Positions 18,644 through 29,763 are shown, numbered from the stretch's first letter. The stretch is DNA of 64,000 nucleotides from Oribacterium sp. UBA5894 (GCA_002431355.1 DJEQ01000041.1:35258-99257); one strand, 5' to 3'. Notes: a model not told the origin generated them from the letters alone. Numbers and translations are program-made.

Positions 18644-19267
18644 TTATCTCTGTGCTTCTCCGAGCTCGCGTGACTCAAAAATATGATCTACAATGCCATA
18701 TACAAGTGCCTGCTGTGCCGTCATCCAGTGATCCCGTTCGGTGTCTGCCATGACCTTCTCAACCGGCTGACCGCAATTTGCAGCAAGGATTTCTGCCATA
18801 TGCTTTTTGGTGCGCAAAATCCACTCAGCTGTGATCTGAATCTCTGTGGCCTGTCCCTGCGCACCGCCTGACGGCTGATGAATCATGACCTCTGCATTTG
18901 GAAGGATCATGCGCTTTCCCTTTGTACCGCCTGCCAGAAGGAAGGCACCCATGGAAGCAGCCATACCAACACAAATGGTTGATACATCGCACTTAATATA
19001 ACGCATGGTATCATAAATGGCCATACCATCTGTAATCACGCCGCCCGGACTATTGATATATAAGCTGATATCCTTATCTGGATCTTCGGATTCAAGGTAA
19101 AGAAGCTGCGCGACAACAAGGGATGCCGTATCGTGATTTACTTCATCGCCAAGAAAAATAATACGCTCATTCAGGAGACGGGAAAAAATGTCATAGGAAC
19201 GTTCTCCTCGGGATGTCGACTGTATGACATATGGAATTGTAGTAATATCTCTAGGTGTTAAGTTCAT
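18644..19267 (-). CDS. clpP: Clp protease proteolytic subunit
   Basis: YINSPGG, AASMG and MIHQP motifs. Confidence 0.98.
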   Translation of the reverse strand: MNLTPRDITTIPYVIQSTSRGERSYDIFSRLLNERIIFLGDEVNHDTASLVVAQLLYLESEDPDKDISLYINSPGGVITDGMAIYDTMRYIKCDVSTICVGMAASMGAFLLAGGTKGKRMILPNAEVMIHQPSGGAQGQATEIQITAEWILRTKKHMAEILAANCGQPVEKVMADTERDHWMTAQQALVYGIVDHIFESRELGEAQR

Positions 19268-19289
19268 GTGTTAACCTCCATACCTCTGT

Positions 19290-19319
19290 AAAAAAACGCG
19301 GTGCAGATGTCTGCACCGC
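19290..19319 (-). terminator. Terminator after tig
   Basis: GCGGTGCAGA/TCTGCACCGC stem followed by T7. Confidence 0.7.
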
Positions 19320-19354
19320 TTAAATCGTTCACACACAGGATGAAGCGATGAGAA

Positions 19355-20692
19355 TTATGCCTCTGTCTTCTCCTCGTCTTCAGCACTCTTCTTGGACTTC
19401 TTCTCTGGCTTTACGAGATTTGCTTCGGCAACAAGCATGTCGATGGTCTCCTGGAAGGCAACCTCTCTCTTCATGCTCTCCTTCTGCTCCTCGGATACGG
19501 TCTTCATCAGATCCTCGTACTCCATCTTGTACTGCTCAGCGATCTTCTTGAATTCCTCTTCTACGCGCTCGTCCTCAACCTTGATGTTTTCCTTCTCCAT
19601 GATGGCTTCAATTACAAGGGAGGTCTTCAGATTCTTCTCAGCGCTTGGCTTCATCTGCTCCTTGAGCTGCTCAACCGTCTGACCGGTAATCTTCAGATAC
19701 TGATCCATCGGAATACCCTGCTGTGCAAGTCTGGTCTGATAATCATAGAGCATATTATCAAGCTGTGCCTCGAGCATCGGAGCCGGAATCTCTACAGAAG
19801 CATTCTCAACAACCTTTGCAATGACATTGTTTTCATTTGTTGTGGTTGCAGCCTTCTCCTTCTGCTCCTTCAGGGTCTTCTTAAGGTCCTTCTTGTACTC
19901 ATCAAGCGTATCGAACTCAGAAACCTCGGATGCAAACTCATCATCTGCAGCTGGAACCTGCTTCTCCTTTACGGCCTTAATGGTGGTCTTAAAGAGTGCA
20001 GCCTTGCCAGCGAGGTCCTTCGCGCCATAATTCTCTGGGAAGGTTACATTGACATCTACCGTCTCGCCTGCCTTATGACCGATGAGCTGATCCTCGAAGC
20101 CCGGAATAAAGGTGCCGGAGCCAATGGTCAGTGGGTAATCCTCACCCTTGCCGCCTTCGAACTCTACGCCATCCACGGAGCCAACGAAATCGATGGTTGC
20201 AATGTCGTCCTTCTTGATCTCACGGTCTACATCTACTACACGTGCATTCTTCTCGAGTTCAGCAGCCAGCTTCTCGTTTACTTCCTTCGCCGTTACTGTG
20301 GTTTCTGCCTTCTCTACAGTTACACCCTTATACTCACCAAGTGTAACCTCAGGCTTAACAGCAACGGTTGCTGTGTAGATGAGATTCTTATCCATTGCGA
20401 TCTGCTCTACACCGATTTCCGGTCTGGAAACGATTTCAAGACCAGACTCCTTTGCTGCCTCTGGATAGGTCTGATCCAGAATCTCGTTGAGGGCGTCCTC
20501 AAAGAAAATCTGTGGTCCGTACATCTTTTCAATCATGGCCTTCGGTGCCTTGCCCTTACGGAAACCAGGAAGATTGAACTTGTTACGGTTCTTCTTGTAT
20601 GCATTATCAATGGCCTTTAAGAAATCCGCATTGTCTACCTCAACGGTCAGCTTGGCCATGTTCTTCTCAAGATTTTCAACTTTAACGCTCAT
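19355..20692 (-). CDS. tig: Trigger factor
   Basis: PGFRKGKAP motif; FKBP domain with FIPGFEDQL. Confidence 0.98.
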   Translation of the reverse strand: MSVKVENLEKNMAKLTVEVDNADFLKAIDNAYKKNRNKFNLPGFRKGKAPKAMIEKMYGPQIFFEDALNEILDQTYPEAAKESGLEIVSRPEIGVEQIAMDKNLIYTATVAVKPEVTLGEYKGVTVEKAETTVTAKEVNEKLAAELEKNARVVDVDREIKKDDIATIDFVGSVDGVEFEGGKGEDYPLTIGSGTFIPGFEDQLIGHKAGETVDVNVTFPENYGAKDLAGKAALFKTTIKAVKEKQVPAADDEFASEVSEFDTLDEYKKDLKKTLKEQKEKAATTTNENNVIAKVVENASVEIPAPMLEAQLDNMLYDYQTRLAQQGIPMDQYLKITGQTVEQLKEQMKPSAEKNLKTSLVIEAIMEKENIKVEDERVEEEFKKIAEQYKMEYEDLMKTVSEEQKESMKREVAFQETIDMLVAEANLVKPEKKSKKSAEDEEKTEA

Positions 20693-20787
20693 TAAGAGTA
20701 CCTCCGAAACTTTCGTAAATATATATTATGTAAACGCACAGGGGAAATGCGCATACTTCTCCCATGAGTCAACATATCCGATGTAAA

Positions 20788-20816
20788 AGTATAGCACGGA
20801 AGAAATCTGTACGCAA
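20788..20816 (-). promoter_or_regulatory. tig promoter
   Basis: TTGCGT-17 bp-TATACT with TG extension. Confidence 0.6.
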
Positions 20817-20864
20817 GGATTTTAAGATCAATCGACGGATATAAATCTCCTCATTCTGTGACAC

Positions 20865-20893
20865 AAAAAGAGCCGGGCAAACTGCCCGACTCT
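20865..20893 (-). terminator. Terminator after rpsA
   Basis: AGAGTCGGGCA/TGCCCGGCTCT stem followed by T5. Confidence 0.7.
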
Positions 20894-20906
20894 CCATATA
20901 TCAGGA

Positions 20907-22043
20907 TTACTCCTCGTCTGCGCGCTCAGCCTCAGCCTTGCCTACAGCCTCGATATCAACGTCTGCAACATCGAGATCTTCCTTGCGCTCCGGCTCTGTA
21001 AGTGCCTTCATGCTCAGAGAAATCTTATGATTGTCTACATCAAGATCGACAATCTTTGCCTCGATCTCCTGACCAACCTCAAGTACATCGGATGGCTTAT
21101 TTACATGATCTCTGGAAATCTGAGATACATGAAGAAGTGCATCAATGCCCTTCTCAAGCTCTACAAATGCACCGAAATCTGTCATACGAGCAACCTTGCC
21201 CTTGACGATGGTGCCGACAGCAAACTTGGTCTCAGCGTCCTTCCAAGGATTCTCATCCGGGAACTTACGTGTAAGAGCAATTCTCTCACCGTTGATTTCC
21301 TTCACAAGAACCTTCACTTCCTGACCCGGCTTAAACAGCTTCTTCGGGTTCTCAATACGGCCCCATGACATCTCAGAAATGTGAAGAAGACCATCTGCGC
21401 CACCGAGATCGATGAATGCACCAAAATCTGTAAGATTCTTCACAACACCGGTACGAACATCACCAACCTGAAGCTCGCTGAAGAGCTTATCATGCTGCTC
21501 CTTCTTGGTTGCAGCCATCAGCTGCTTACGGTCACCGATGACTCTGCGCTTCATCGGATTAAACTCAGTGATCACGAACTGAATATCCTGACCCTGGTAC
21601 TTGGTGAGATCTCTCTCGAAGGTATCTGAAACAAGTGATGCAGGGATAAATACGCGAGCGCCATTCACCTCTACATTCAGGCCGCCCTTGACAACCTGAA
21701 CAACCTTACCTGTAAGAACAGTCTGGTTCTCAAATGCATCCTTCAGCTCCTCGGAAGCCTTTGATGCAAGAGCCTCTCTGTGAGAAAGAACAACCTGTCC
21801 TTCTCCATCATTGACCTTCTTTACCTTGCACTCAATTTCATCGCCGACATTGACTACTGTGGTGAGGTCTACAGTGTTATCTGCGCTGTAATCACTTCTG
21901 GTCATAATACCATCAGACTTGTACCCAATGTTGAGTGCAATCTCGTCAGGCTTTACACTAATAACCTTACCAGTAACAATCTCCCCTGCATGAATAGATT
22001 TTAATGATGCGTCAAGCATCTGTTCAAAACTCATCTCTGACAT
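20907..22043 (-). CDS. rpsA: 30S ribosomal protein S1 (four S1 domains)
   Basis: DFGAFIDLGGADGLLHISE motifs; GAGGAGG RBS before ATG 22043, inside ispH. Confidence 0.95.
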   Translation of the reverse strand: MSEMSFEQMLDASLKSIHAGEIVTGKVISVKPDEIALNIGYKSDGIMTRSDYSADNTVDLTTVVNVGDEIECKVKKVNDGEGQVVLSHREALASKASEELKDAFENQTVLTGKVVQVVKGGLNVEVNGARVFIPASLVSDTFERDLTKYQGQDIQFVITEFNPMKRRVIGDRKQLMAATKKEQHDKLFSELQVGDVRTGVVKNLTDFGAFIDLGGADGLLHISEMSWGRIENPKKLFKPGQEVKVLVKEINGERIALTRKFPDENPWKDAETKFAVGTIVKGKVARMTDFGAFVELEKGIDALLHVSQISRDHVNKPSDVLEVGQEIEAKIVDLDVDNHKISLSMKALTEPERKEDLDVADVDIEAVGKAEAERADEE

Positions 22044-22896
22044 AATTTTGAACCTCCTCAATAATTTCTTTCGGGGTGCTTGCCCCAGCTGTAATACCTA
22101 CGTTTTGAACCGCTTCATCCTGTACGAAGTTAAGATCTCTTACCGTCTGTATCAACTGGGTGTTTGTGCACTGGTCTTTACAAATCTCAAAAAGCTTCTT
22201 CGTGTTAGAGGAACTTCTTCCTCCAATAACAATCATCGCATCGGACTGCTTTGCCAGTTCCTTCGCTTCAGACTGTCTTTCAAACGTTGCGTTGCAAATC
22301 GTATTAATAGCATTAACATAATAATGCTTTTTTTTCAAAATATCAATCATTACTTTGAATTTATCGATATTAAACGTGGTCTGGGATACCACTACCACGT
22401 GTGCGCCCTCTCCATCTGGCAGATTCTCTGCACTTTCGATATCCGGAAGCGCAGAAATCCGACCTTCTGCCCAGCCCATGATACCGATAACTTCCGGATG
22501 CTCTGGATTGCCAGTGACAAACACGCGTTCTCCTGCACGCGTATGCTGCTCCGCCAGGCGCTGAATCTTCTGTACAAAAGGACAGGAGGCATCAACCGTA
22601 GCCACCTTCTTCTCCTTCAGCAGCTCATAGATCCTTCTTGGAATCCCGTGCGCGCGGATAATGACGATGCCCTCCGTCAGTGCGGAAAGCTCCTCTTCCG
22701 ATTCCAGTACCTGCACACCTTCTGCGCGCAGCTTCTGAATCACGGTTTCATTATGAACAATGGGACCATAGGTGAAAATCGGACATCGTTTTTCTACCGG
22801 TTTCTTTTTTTCCTCCTCCAGCACGCGGTATACGGTATCGACCGCGCGCTGCACACCGAAGCAGAAGCCGGCTGTTTTTGCAAGTGTCACCTTCAT
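22024..22896 (-). CDS. ispH: 4-hydroxy-3-methylbut-2-enyl diphosphate reductase
   Basis: GFCFGV, DASCPFV, TICNAT, SSN and TAGASTP motifs. Confidence 0.95.
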   Translation of the reverse strand: MKVTLAKTAGFCFGVQRAVDTVYRVLEEEKKKPVEKRCPIFTYGPIVHNETVIQKLRAEGVQVLESEEELSALTEGIVIIRAHGIPRRIYELLKEKKVATVDASCPFVQKIQRLAEQHTRAGERVFVTGNPEHPEVIGIMGWAEGRISALPDIESAENLPDGEGAHVVVVSQTTFNIDKFKVMIDILKKKHYYVNAINTICNATFERQSEAKELAKQSDAMIVIGGRSSSNTKKLFEICKDQCTNTQLIQTVRDLNFVQDEAVQNVGITAGASTPKEIIEEVQNYVRDEF

Positions 22897-22903
22897 ATCC
22901 ACC

Positions 22904-23569
22904 TCAATGCTTCATGCATATATCCAGGATTCGGTCGATTGTTTCGTCAAGGGTCAGGGTTGAGCTGTCCACGAGTACCGCCTCTGGCACCCTGACAAGT
23001 GGTGAATGCTGGCGATGCATGTCACGATCATCACGTGCACGGATCTCCTCCTCAACCTCCCGAAGGTCGCATGCTTCTCCCTTTTCTCGAAGCTCGAGGG
23101 CGCGACGCCGTGCCCGCTCTTCTACCGACGCCGTCAGATAGATTTTTGTATCCGCATCCGGCAGCACCTTGGATGCGATATCCCGTCCATCCATCACGAC
23201 GGACGTATGCTTCGCGAGATTCTGCTGAAGCAGCACCATTTTTTCCCGCACAGCCGGGTACTGTGAAACCGTAGAAGCAGCATCTCCAACCGCCTGGGTA
23301 CGGATCTGAGAGGAAACATTGCTCCCGTTCAGAAGTACCTGCTGCGCCCCGTCTTCATTATAGGAAATGGCGATGTCGATATCGTGCATAATCTTCGAGA
23401 CCGCTTCTGCATCCTCGAGTGGTATCGCGTTCTCGAGACAGAAGAGTCCCACCGCGCGATACATTGCTCCTGTATCAATGTAGATATATCCGAGCTCTCT
23501 TGCAACCGCCTTCGCAATCGTCGATTTTCCAGCGCCTGCCGGACCATCAATAGCAATACTGTATGGCAT
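22904..23569 (-). CDS. cmk: Cytidylate kinase
   Basis: IAIDGPAGAGKST, DTGAMYR and MDGRDI motifs; AGGAGG RBS. Confidence 0.97.
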   Translation of the reverse strand: MPYSIAIDGPAGAGKSTIAKAVARELGYIYIDTGAMYRAVGLFCLENAIPLEDAEAVSKIMHDIDIAISYNEDGAQQVLLNGSNVSSQIRTQAVGDAASTVSQYPAVREKMVLLQQNLAKHTSVVMDGRDIASKVLPDADTKIYLTASVEERARRRALELREKGEACDLREVEEEIRARDDRDMHRQHSPLVRVPEAVLVDSSTLTLDETIDRILDICMKH

Positions 23570-23586
23570 ACCTGCCTCCTTTATGT

Positions 23587-24867
23587 TCAATCAGTCAACG
23601 TCTCTTCTGCTGCTGCCTTCCCGGCAAGATGTCCCGTCGAGAATGCCATCTGCATGTTGAAGCCGCCTGTATATCCATCTACATCCAGAACTTCACCAGC
23701 GAAGTAAAGTCCCTTGATCTTCCGAGCCTCCATGGTTTTGGGATTCAGCTCCTTGACGGAGACGCCACCCTGCGTCACAATCGCTTCCTTAAAGGATCCG
23801 GTGCCGCGAATCGTGTAGCTGAAATCCCGCATCAGTGCCACTGCTTTTTTACGCGTTTCCCGATCCACCTCGGTCACCTTCCGATGGATATCAACCCCTC
23901 GCGCCTCCAGGCGTGCATTGAAGATCGGAATCAGCTGTGCCGGAAGAAGTGCGCCAAAGGCATTTCGAAGCTCCTTGTTTCGACAGGCCTCAAAGTCCCG
24001 GAGAAGTCGTCGATCGAGCTCCTCCTCATCGAGCGCCGGTTTCAGGTTGATATGCACGGTGAGAAGCTTCCATTTTTCAGGATCTTCTGCATTGACCAGC
24101 TTCGTGATCACCGCGGAGGCAGAAAGAATCACTGGTCCGCGCAGACCTTCCGCCATGAATTCCAGCTCACCGAAATCATGGTAATAGCTTTTTCCATCTT
24201 CGTCTCGCACATCAATAGCTACGTTTCGAAGTGTGAGTCCCTTCAGGCGATAGGCATCTGCCTCATGCACCTCCAGCGCAACCAGTGAGGGATAGGTCTC
24301 CGTCACCTGAAGCCCGGCCTCCTGTGCAAAACGATAGCCATCTCCCGTTGAACCTGTCGATGGATACGTACGCCCTCCCGTTGCAATAATGACGGCATCG
24401 GCTGTCTGAAACCCATGATCTGTCCGTACACCACGCACCTTGCCATCGCAGAGCTCGATTTTTTTGACTTCTGTTTTATACTGAATCTGAACGCCCAGCT
24501 TCTTCAGTGCATGCTTTAAGGCGTCCGTAATACTGTACGCATGATCAGACACTGGAAAGACACGTTCGCCACGCTCGACCTTCGTACGGCAGCCGTGCGC
24601 TTCCAGAAGAGCGATGGTATCCTGGTTGGTGAAATCATACAGCGCAGAGTATAAAAAGCGCGGATTCGAAAGGTACTGCGGAAAGAAATCCTCGATGGCG
24701 GCAGCATTGGTGAGGTTTCCTCGTCCTTTCCCCGTAATGAAAATTTTCTTTCCAAGCTTATCATTCTTTTCAATCAGCACTACGTCCGCATTTGCAGCGG
24801 TTTCCTTTGCGGCAATGGCTGCCATCAATCCGGCAGCTCCACCGCCAATGACTAAGATTCTCATCAT
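23587..24867 (-). CDS. HI0933/BaiN-family flavoprotein
   Basis: GGGAAG, ATGG..YP.TGSTGDG and GEVLDVDGYTGGFN motifs. Confidence 0.92.
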   Translation of the reverse strand: MMRILVIGGGAAGLMAAIAAKETAANADVVLIEKNDKLGKKIFITGKGRGNLTNAAAIEDFFPQYLSNPRFLYSALYDFTNQDTIALLEAHGCRTKVERGERVFPVSDHAYSITDALKHALKKLGVQIQYKTEVKKIELCDGKVRGVRTDHGFQTADAVIIATGGRTYPSTGSTGDGYRFAQEAGLQVTETYPSLVALEVHEADAYRLKGLTLRNVAIDVRDEDGKSYYHDFGELEFMAEGLRGPVILSASAVITKLVNAEDPEKWKLLTVHINLKPALDEEELDRRLLRDFEACRNKELRNAFGALLPAQLIPIFNARLEARGVDIHRKVTEVDRETRKKAVALMRDFSYTIRGTGSFKEAIVTQGGVSVKELNPKTMEARKIKGLYFAGEVLDVDGYTGGFNMQMAFSTGHLAGKAAAEETLTD

Positions 24868-24910
24868 ATCCTCATAAAAAGCACCCGAGGGAATGCCCCG
24901 GGTGCGCTCG

Positions 24911-26233
24911 TCAGTTCTTTACGCTCATCACAAACATCTTATAGATGGCACGAATGGCTTTTTCAAAATCCTCATTCCGTACGCCAATGATGATATTGTA
25001 TTCACTCGATCCCTGGTCAATCATTTTAATATTGATGTATTCATGAGCCAGAGCAGAGAACACACGACCGGCTACACCACGGGACGATTTCATGCCGCGT
25101 CCGACCACGGCAATCAGCGCAATGTCCGACTCCAGTTCGATGAGATCCGGATTCACCGAGCGCTGTATGCCATTCAGGATCTTCTGCTCACAGTGCTCGA
25201 GCTCCTCCTGATGGATCACCAGCGTCATGGTATCAATGCCTGATGGAATATGCTCAAATGAAATCTGATTATCTTCCAGAACCGACAGCACCTTCCGTGC
25301 AAAGCCGATTTCCGAGTTCATCATTGCTTTTTCAATATTGATGGCGCAGAAATCCTTCTTTCCACTGACACCCGTAATGATAAAGCGCGGCTTCTTCAGC
25401 GTATGCTGAACAATCATCGTGCCGTGATCCTCCGGGCGGTTGGTGTTCTTGATCTGAATCGGAATGCCTTCACGGCGTACCGGGAAGATGGCATCCTCAT
25501 GAAGAACGCCCGCACCCATATAACTCAGCTCCCGCAGCTCTCGATACGTAATGTAATCAATAACCTCAGGATTTGGAACGATTCGAGGATCTGCCACCAG
25601 GAAGCCTGAAACATCGGTCCAGTTCTCATACAGGTCCACATGCTCTGCAGCAGCCAGCAGAGAACCCGTGACATCGGAGCCTCCACGGCTGAAGGTCACC
25701 ACTCGGCCTTCCGCATTGGCACCATAGAAGCCCGGGAAAACAGCATAGTCAACATCCTTCAGTGCCGCCCGAATTTCTTCCTCGGTTTTTTCAAAGTCAC
25801 AGCTGCGGTCCTCATTAAAGAAGAAGCAGCTTGCGGAATCAATGAACTGGAAGCCGAGATATGCTGCCATGAGCTTCGCATTTAAAAATTCACCTCGTGA
25901 AGCCGCATAGTCTCGATCTGCTCCGGCCTTCAGGTCCTGCTCGATGCGTGTGAAATCTTCTGTAAGACTAAAGGAAAGCTGCAGTCCATCAATAATCTCC
26001 TGATATCGACTCCGGATTTCCTGAAGTGTCTCCTGAAATCTCTCTTCATCATGTACTGCATCATACAGGCGATACAGAAGGTCGGTGACCTTCGTGTCCC
26101 CGGAAGCACGCTTTCCAGGTGCAGATACGACTATATAGTGTCTCGACTTATCTGAAAGGACGATGTCCTTTACCTTCTGAAACTGTTCTGCGGAGGCGCA
26201 GGAGCTTCCGCCAAATTTAGCAACCTTGATCAT
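24911..26233 (-). CDS. lysC: Aspartate kinase
   Basis: KFGGSS, SRGGSD and ENWTDV motifs; two ACT domains. Confidence 0.93.
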   Translation of the reverse strand: MIKVAKFGGSSCASAEQFQKVKDIVLSDKSRHYIVVSAPGKRASGDTKVTDLLYRLYDAVHDEERFQETLQEIRSRYQEIIDGLQLSFSLTEDFTRIEQDLKAGADRDYAASRGEFLNAKLMAAYLGFQFIDSASCFFFNEDRSCDFEKTEEEIRAALKDVDYAVFPGFYGANAEGRVVTFSRGGSDVTGSLLAAAEHVDLYENWTDVSGFLVADPRIVPNPEVIDYITYRELRELSYMGAGVLHEDAIFPVRREGIPIQIKNTNRPEDHGTMIVQHTLKKPRFIITGVSGKKDFCAINIEKAMMNSEIGFARKVLSVLEDNQISFEHIPSGIDTMTLVIHQEELEHCEQKILNGIQRSVNPDLIELESDIALIAVVGRGMKSSRGVAGRVFSALAHEYINIKMIDQGSSEYNIIIGVRNEDFEKAIRAIYKMFVMSVKN

Positions 26234-26270
26234 TTCATACTCCCTCTCAATATCTGGCTATGATTTTCGG

Positions 26271-26299
26271 ATTATAGCATTCACCGTAGAAATACTCAA
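26271..26299 (-). promoter_or_regulatory. Aspartokinase promoter (short leader)
   Basis: TTGAGT-17 bp-TATAAT with TG extension. Confidence 0.65.
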
Positions 26300-26338
26300 C
26301 AGAATTAAAAATCATGGAAGACATTCACCTGTGGATTC

Positions 26339-27688
26339 CTATTCATTTCGGATGGCTGCCAGCGGACTCAGCTTCATTGCTCTTGCCGCTGGAACATATC
26401 CTGCAAGCATACCCACACCGATGGCAAAAACAATGGCAAAGCCAGCAAGCCAGAGTGGAATGCTGGATAAGCTGCTGCCCGCACTCGAGCCAAACATCAT
26501 GGACCCTGCATTTTTTGTAAAGAAATTGATGATATACGAAATCAGATAGCTGAAGGCAAGTCCGACCGTACCACCCATGAGCCCGATCATGCCGGATTCG
26601 CAGAGAAACATGTTCCGAATATCCGGCATGGCACATCCAAGTACCTTCATGACACCGATTTCCTTCGTGCGCTCATAGATGGACATCATCATTGTATTCA
26701 TAATGCCGATGGCCGCGACGAGAAGCGAAACGCCCCCTATGCCGCCGAGTACAAGCTGCACCATGCCGAGCTGCTGCTGTGCCTGCTTCAGCCACTCCAT
26801 GCTTGAGCTCACATTAAAGCCTAGGTCAGAAAGCTGCTTCTGTACGGTACTTACATTGTCCATGTCATCGACAAATACATAGACATTGTCATAAATGTAA
26901 TACGGGTACGGTTTTCCGTTTTTATTGGTTTTCGGATTCGGAACAAGTGCCTTCTTATAGATTTTCTTCAGAAAGCGCTTCAGACTGTCAATGTCCGTGT
27001 AGACATTGTAGGAGCCGGCAGACCAGTCCTCTGCACCGCCTTCGAGAATTCCGGCAACGGGAAGAATGTACTTTTTCTGCGGCCTGGCTGCCGTCGTACT
27101 GTCTCCATCACTGGCCGTGCTTCCCTGCGAAACACTGGAGGGTGGAAAGCTGATGAACATCGTATCCTTTTCAGGATCCACCTCGACGCTTTCATAGCTT
27201 TTCTGCTTATAAAAGCTGTTGTAGAGGATCTGATTTCCATAAATCAGTGCCGGCTGCTCCGCATTGGAAGATGGCAGCTGCCCTCCTTCTCGCAGCTTCA
27301 GCTGCTTCAGATAATCCTGGGTCACACCAACAATGCTGAAGGACCCGTTGTATCCCCTGCACTTCGCCTCGACCGAAACCTCAATGGAAGGGCTGACCGC
27401 GGTTACATGCGCAATATGTCGAAAGCTCTCGACGGTATCGTCTGTCAGCATCAGGGAAGGGTCCGTGCTTCCGCTGTCCCCATATCCCCCCTGGTAAACG
27501 GTAATCATGGTCAGCGAGCCCATATCCTGATAGGATTTCAGCATCATCTCACTCATGCCAATGCCGAGACTGACCATGACCACGATGGAGGCTGTACCGA
27601 TCACAACACCGAGGACCGTGAGAACGGTACGCATTTTCCTCCGTTTCAGGTTGTTTGCTGCCAGTTTGATAAGATCAGATAGTCTCAT
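26339..27688 (-). CDS. MacB/FtsX-family ABC permease
   Basis: RTVLTVLGVVIG and GIMNTMMMSIYERTKEIG motifs; large extracellular loop. Confidence 0.92.
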   Translation of the reverse strand: MRLSDLIKLAANNLKRRKMRTVLTVLGVVIGTASIVVMVSLGIGMSEMMLKSYQDMGSLTMITVYQGGYGDSGSTDPSLMLTDDTVESFRHIAHVTAVSPSIEVSVEAKCRGYNGSFSIVGVTQDYLKQLKLREGGQLPSSNAEQPALIYGNQILYNSFYKQKSYESVEVDPEKDTMFISFPPSSVSQGSTASDGDSTTAARPQKKYILPVAGILEGGAEDWSAGSYNVYTDIDSLKRFLKKIYKKALVPNPKTNKNGKPYPYYIYDNVYVFVDDMDNVSTVQKQLSDLGFNVSSSMEWLKQAQQQLGMVQLVLGGIGGVSLLVAAIGIMNTMMMSIYERTKEIGVMKVLGCAMPDIRNMFLCESGMIGLMGGTVGLAFSYLISYIINFFTKNAGSMMFGSSAGSSLSSIPLWLAGFAIVFAIGVGMLAGYVPAARAMKLSPLAAIRNE

Positions 27689-29732
27689 CACGTTCCTTTT
27701 CCTGCTTCTTTTTATGAAGCCTCCTGATGATAAGGGCAAGCAATGCCACAAAAATCACAGCACCGGCCAGGAGCGGAAGCTTATACTTCTGGAAAAATCC
27801 CGGCTCCTCCGTCGGCATGGCATCTGCACCGTCCATCCCATCAAAATCATTCACCGGCTCGGTCACCATCAGATTAATGCTCTGATCCGAGGTAAAAACT
27901 TCCCCATTTACATTTTCATAGCTGATGCTTACGCTGATGGTCCCATCGTCCATCGTCGGAGCCGCACCTGTCAGCATGGCATCGACGGAGCCGGATTCTC
28001 CCGGTTTAATGTTACCAACATAGCTGCTGGTATCCTGGATGGAATCGCCCTTAAAGTTTGCAGTGACATTATAAAGAATGACTTTTCCTGTATTGTTGAT
28101 ATTAAAGGTTACATTTGCTTCATTTCCAACCTCAATCGATTCCGGCATAACATCATAATTCGAAACGGAGAGTCTGGCCTCCTGATTGACATTAATGTTC
28201 AGCGATACCTTTTCTTCCGCATTTTTAAAATCCGGAGAATCGTACTTTTCGTTGATGGTAAGCGCATAGGAGCGTGGATCCAGGCCCGCTGCTGCTACCA
28301 TATTCCAGGAAAGCTCTTTCGTCTCCCCGGCGGCCAGACTGTTGATGACATAGGAATTCGCCCCGTTTTCTGTTGAAAGTGCAGCCGAATCACTGACCTT
28401 CTCAGATTCCAGGGACAGCATGATATTGCTTGCGCTGATGCCGGTACTTGCATTCTGCATCTCTACGACGAGCTTGAATGGCTGTCCTGCGAGTACTTTT
28501 TCCGGTTCCGTATGATAGCCTGCCACGACGATGCGTGCCTTCGACCGATCATTGGCATTGAACTCGCGCTGGCTGGTGGTTTCATCCGTGCTCGGGTTAC
28601 TGATATGAACATAATAGGTATACTGTTCCGTCTTTGTGACCGTAGCGCCTGGCGTATCCTTATAGCTTACGGTAAAGCCGATGGCATGATCTCCTGTTTT
28701 CGAGTCCTTTGCAATGGCCATGGAGTACGGTGCCGAAATGGTCTGATCTGCTTCCACGGTTTCGAAGCTTCGATCATAGTTTTCTTCAGTCACACGGAAT
28801 GGGAAGCTGCTCACATCGATGCGTCCAGCCTGTGTTGTGTTTCCACTGTCGCCCGTGGTCTGCGTCGCGCCTTTATTCATGCGTACCACAACATCATAGA
28901 GGGCTCGTCCCTTCTGATTCCGGAAATTTACAGCAAAATCCATCGTGCCAGGATAGGTACCACTTGGTGCCGCCTGTCCTTCCCCGATGGAAAAGGCCTG
29001 GTCCTTTGTGACTCCTGTCGGATTCGAAACCGTGCCCAGATCCTGCACATAGATGTTGATATACTCTGCGCGGCTCAGACTGCCATACTGTCCGGTCGAG
29101 TTGTATGGTACATCATAGTTCATCGAAATCGGAATCGCATAGTAGCCCTCTTTGATGTCATTTCGAATTTTGACATGAAAGGTTACTTCTCTGTATTCTC
29201 CTTTTTTCAGAGAGCCCAGAGACTTTTCCTGATTCATGCTGCTGGTACCGATTTCCAGAGGATACGTCCCGCCATCCACCGGATAGGTCTGACCGAGTGA
29301 AGCGTTATAGGCACGCGCAGCACCTGCCTGGTAGCCTTCATTGTAGGCATCATGCTGCAGTGACTCCTGCTCATCATCCGAGCTGTCATCATATGGATTT
29401 GATTTGTTGGCATTTGGGACAATGCCCCTGGTATTCACAAGCGTCTGGTCCTGACTCAGGCGAACGCGGACATTGTTAATGACATCCCCGGTCGGATTAT
29501 AAAGACCATTCACCCCATTAAAGCCGACCTTTACTGTCAGCTGAAAATCCTGACCGATTCCGGCAACCGGTGTATCTGAAGCATCATGAATAAAGGTATT
29601 CAGGTTGGTATCGACATACGCGGCCTCTGCCGTGATATCCGGATGCACGGCTCCGCCCGATGCCAGCAGTGTAAGGATCAGGGCACCGCACAGGAACTTT
29701 CCCAGACTCTTTTTTTTATGGAACAGCTTCAT
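27675..29732 (-). CDS. Secreted, C-terminally anchored COG1361/CARDB-like Ig-fold surface protein
   Basis: Signal peptide, repeated beta-rich domains (NNTGK, VGNIKPGES), C-terminal TM helix plus basic tail. Confidence 0.75.
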   Translation of the reverse strand: MKLFHKKKSLGKFLCGALILTLLASGGAVHPDITAEAAYVDTNLNTFIHDASDTPVAGIGQDFQLTVKVGFNGVNGLYNPTGDVINNVRVRLSQDQTLVNTRGIVPNANKSNPYDDSSDDEQESLQHDAYNEGYQAGAARAYNASLGQTYPVDGGTYPLEIGTSSMNQEKSLGSLKKGEYREVTFHVKIRNDIKEGYYAIPISMNYDVPYNSTGQYGSLSRAEYINIYVQDLGTVSNPTGVTKDQAFSIGEGQAAPSGTYPGTMDFAVNFRNQKGRALYDVVVRMNKGATQTTGDSGNTTQAGRIDVSSFPFRVTEENYDRSFETVEADQTISAPYSMAIAKDSKTGDHAIGFTVSYKDTPGATVTKTEQYTYYVHISNPSTDETTSQREFNANDRSKARIVVAGYHTEPEKVLAGQPFKLVVEMQNASTGISASNIMLSLESEKVSDSAALSTENGANSYVINSLAAGETKELSWNMVAAAGLDPRSYALTINEKYDSPDFKNAEEKVSLNINVNQEARLSVSNYDVMPESIEVGNEANVTFNINNTGKVILYNVTANFKGDSIQDTSSYVGNIKPGESGSVDAMLTGAAPTMDDGTISVSISYENVNGEVFTSDQSINLMVTEPVNDFDGMDGADAMPTEEPGFFQKYKLPLLAGAVIFVALLALIIRRLHKKKQEKERDETI

Positions 29733-29763
29733 AGTTTTTTACTCCCTCTAGAATGAACCGAAA

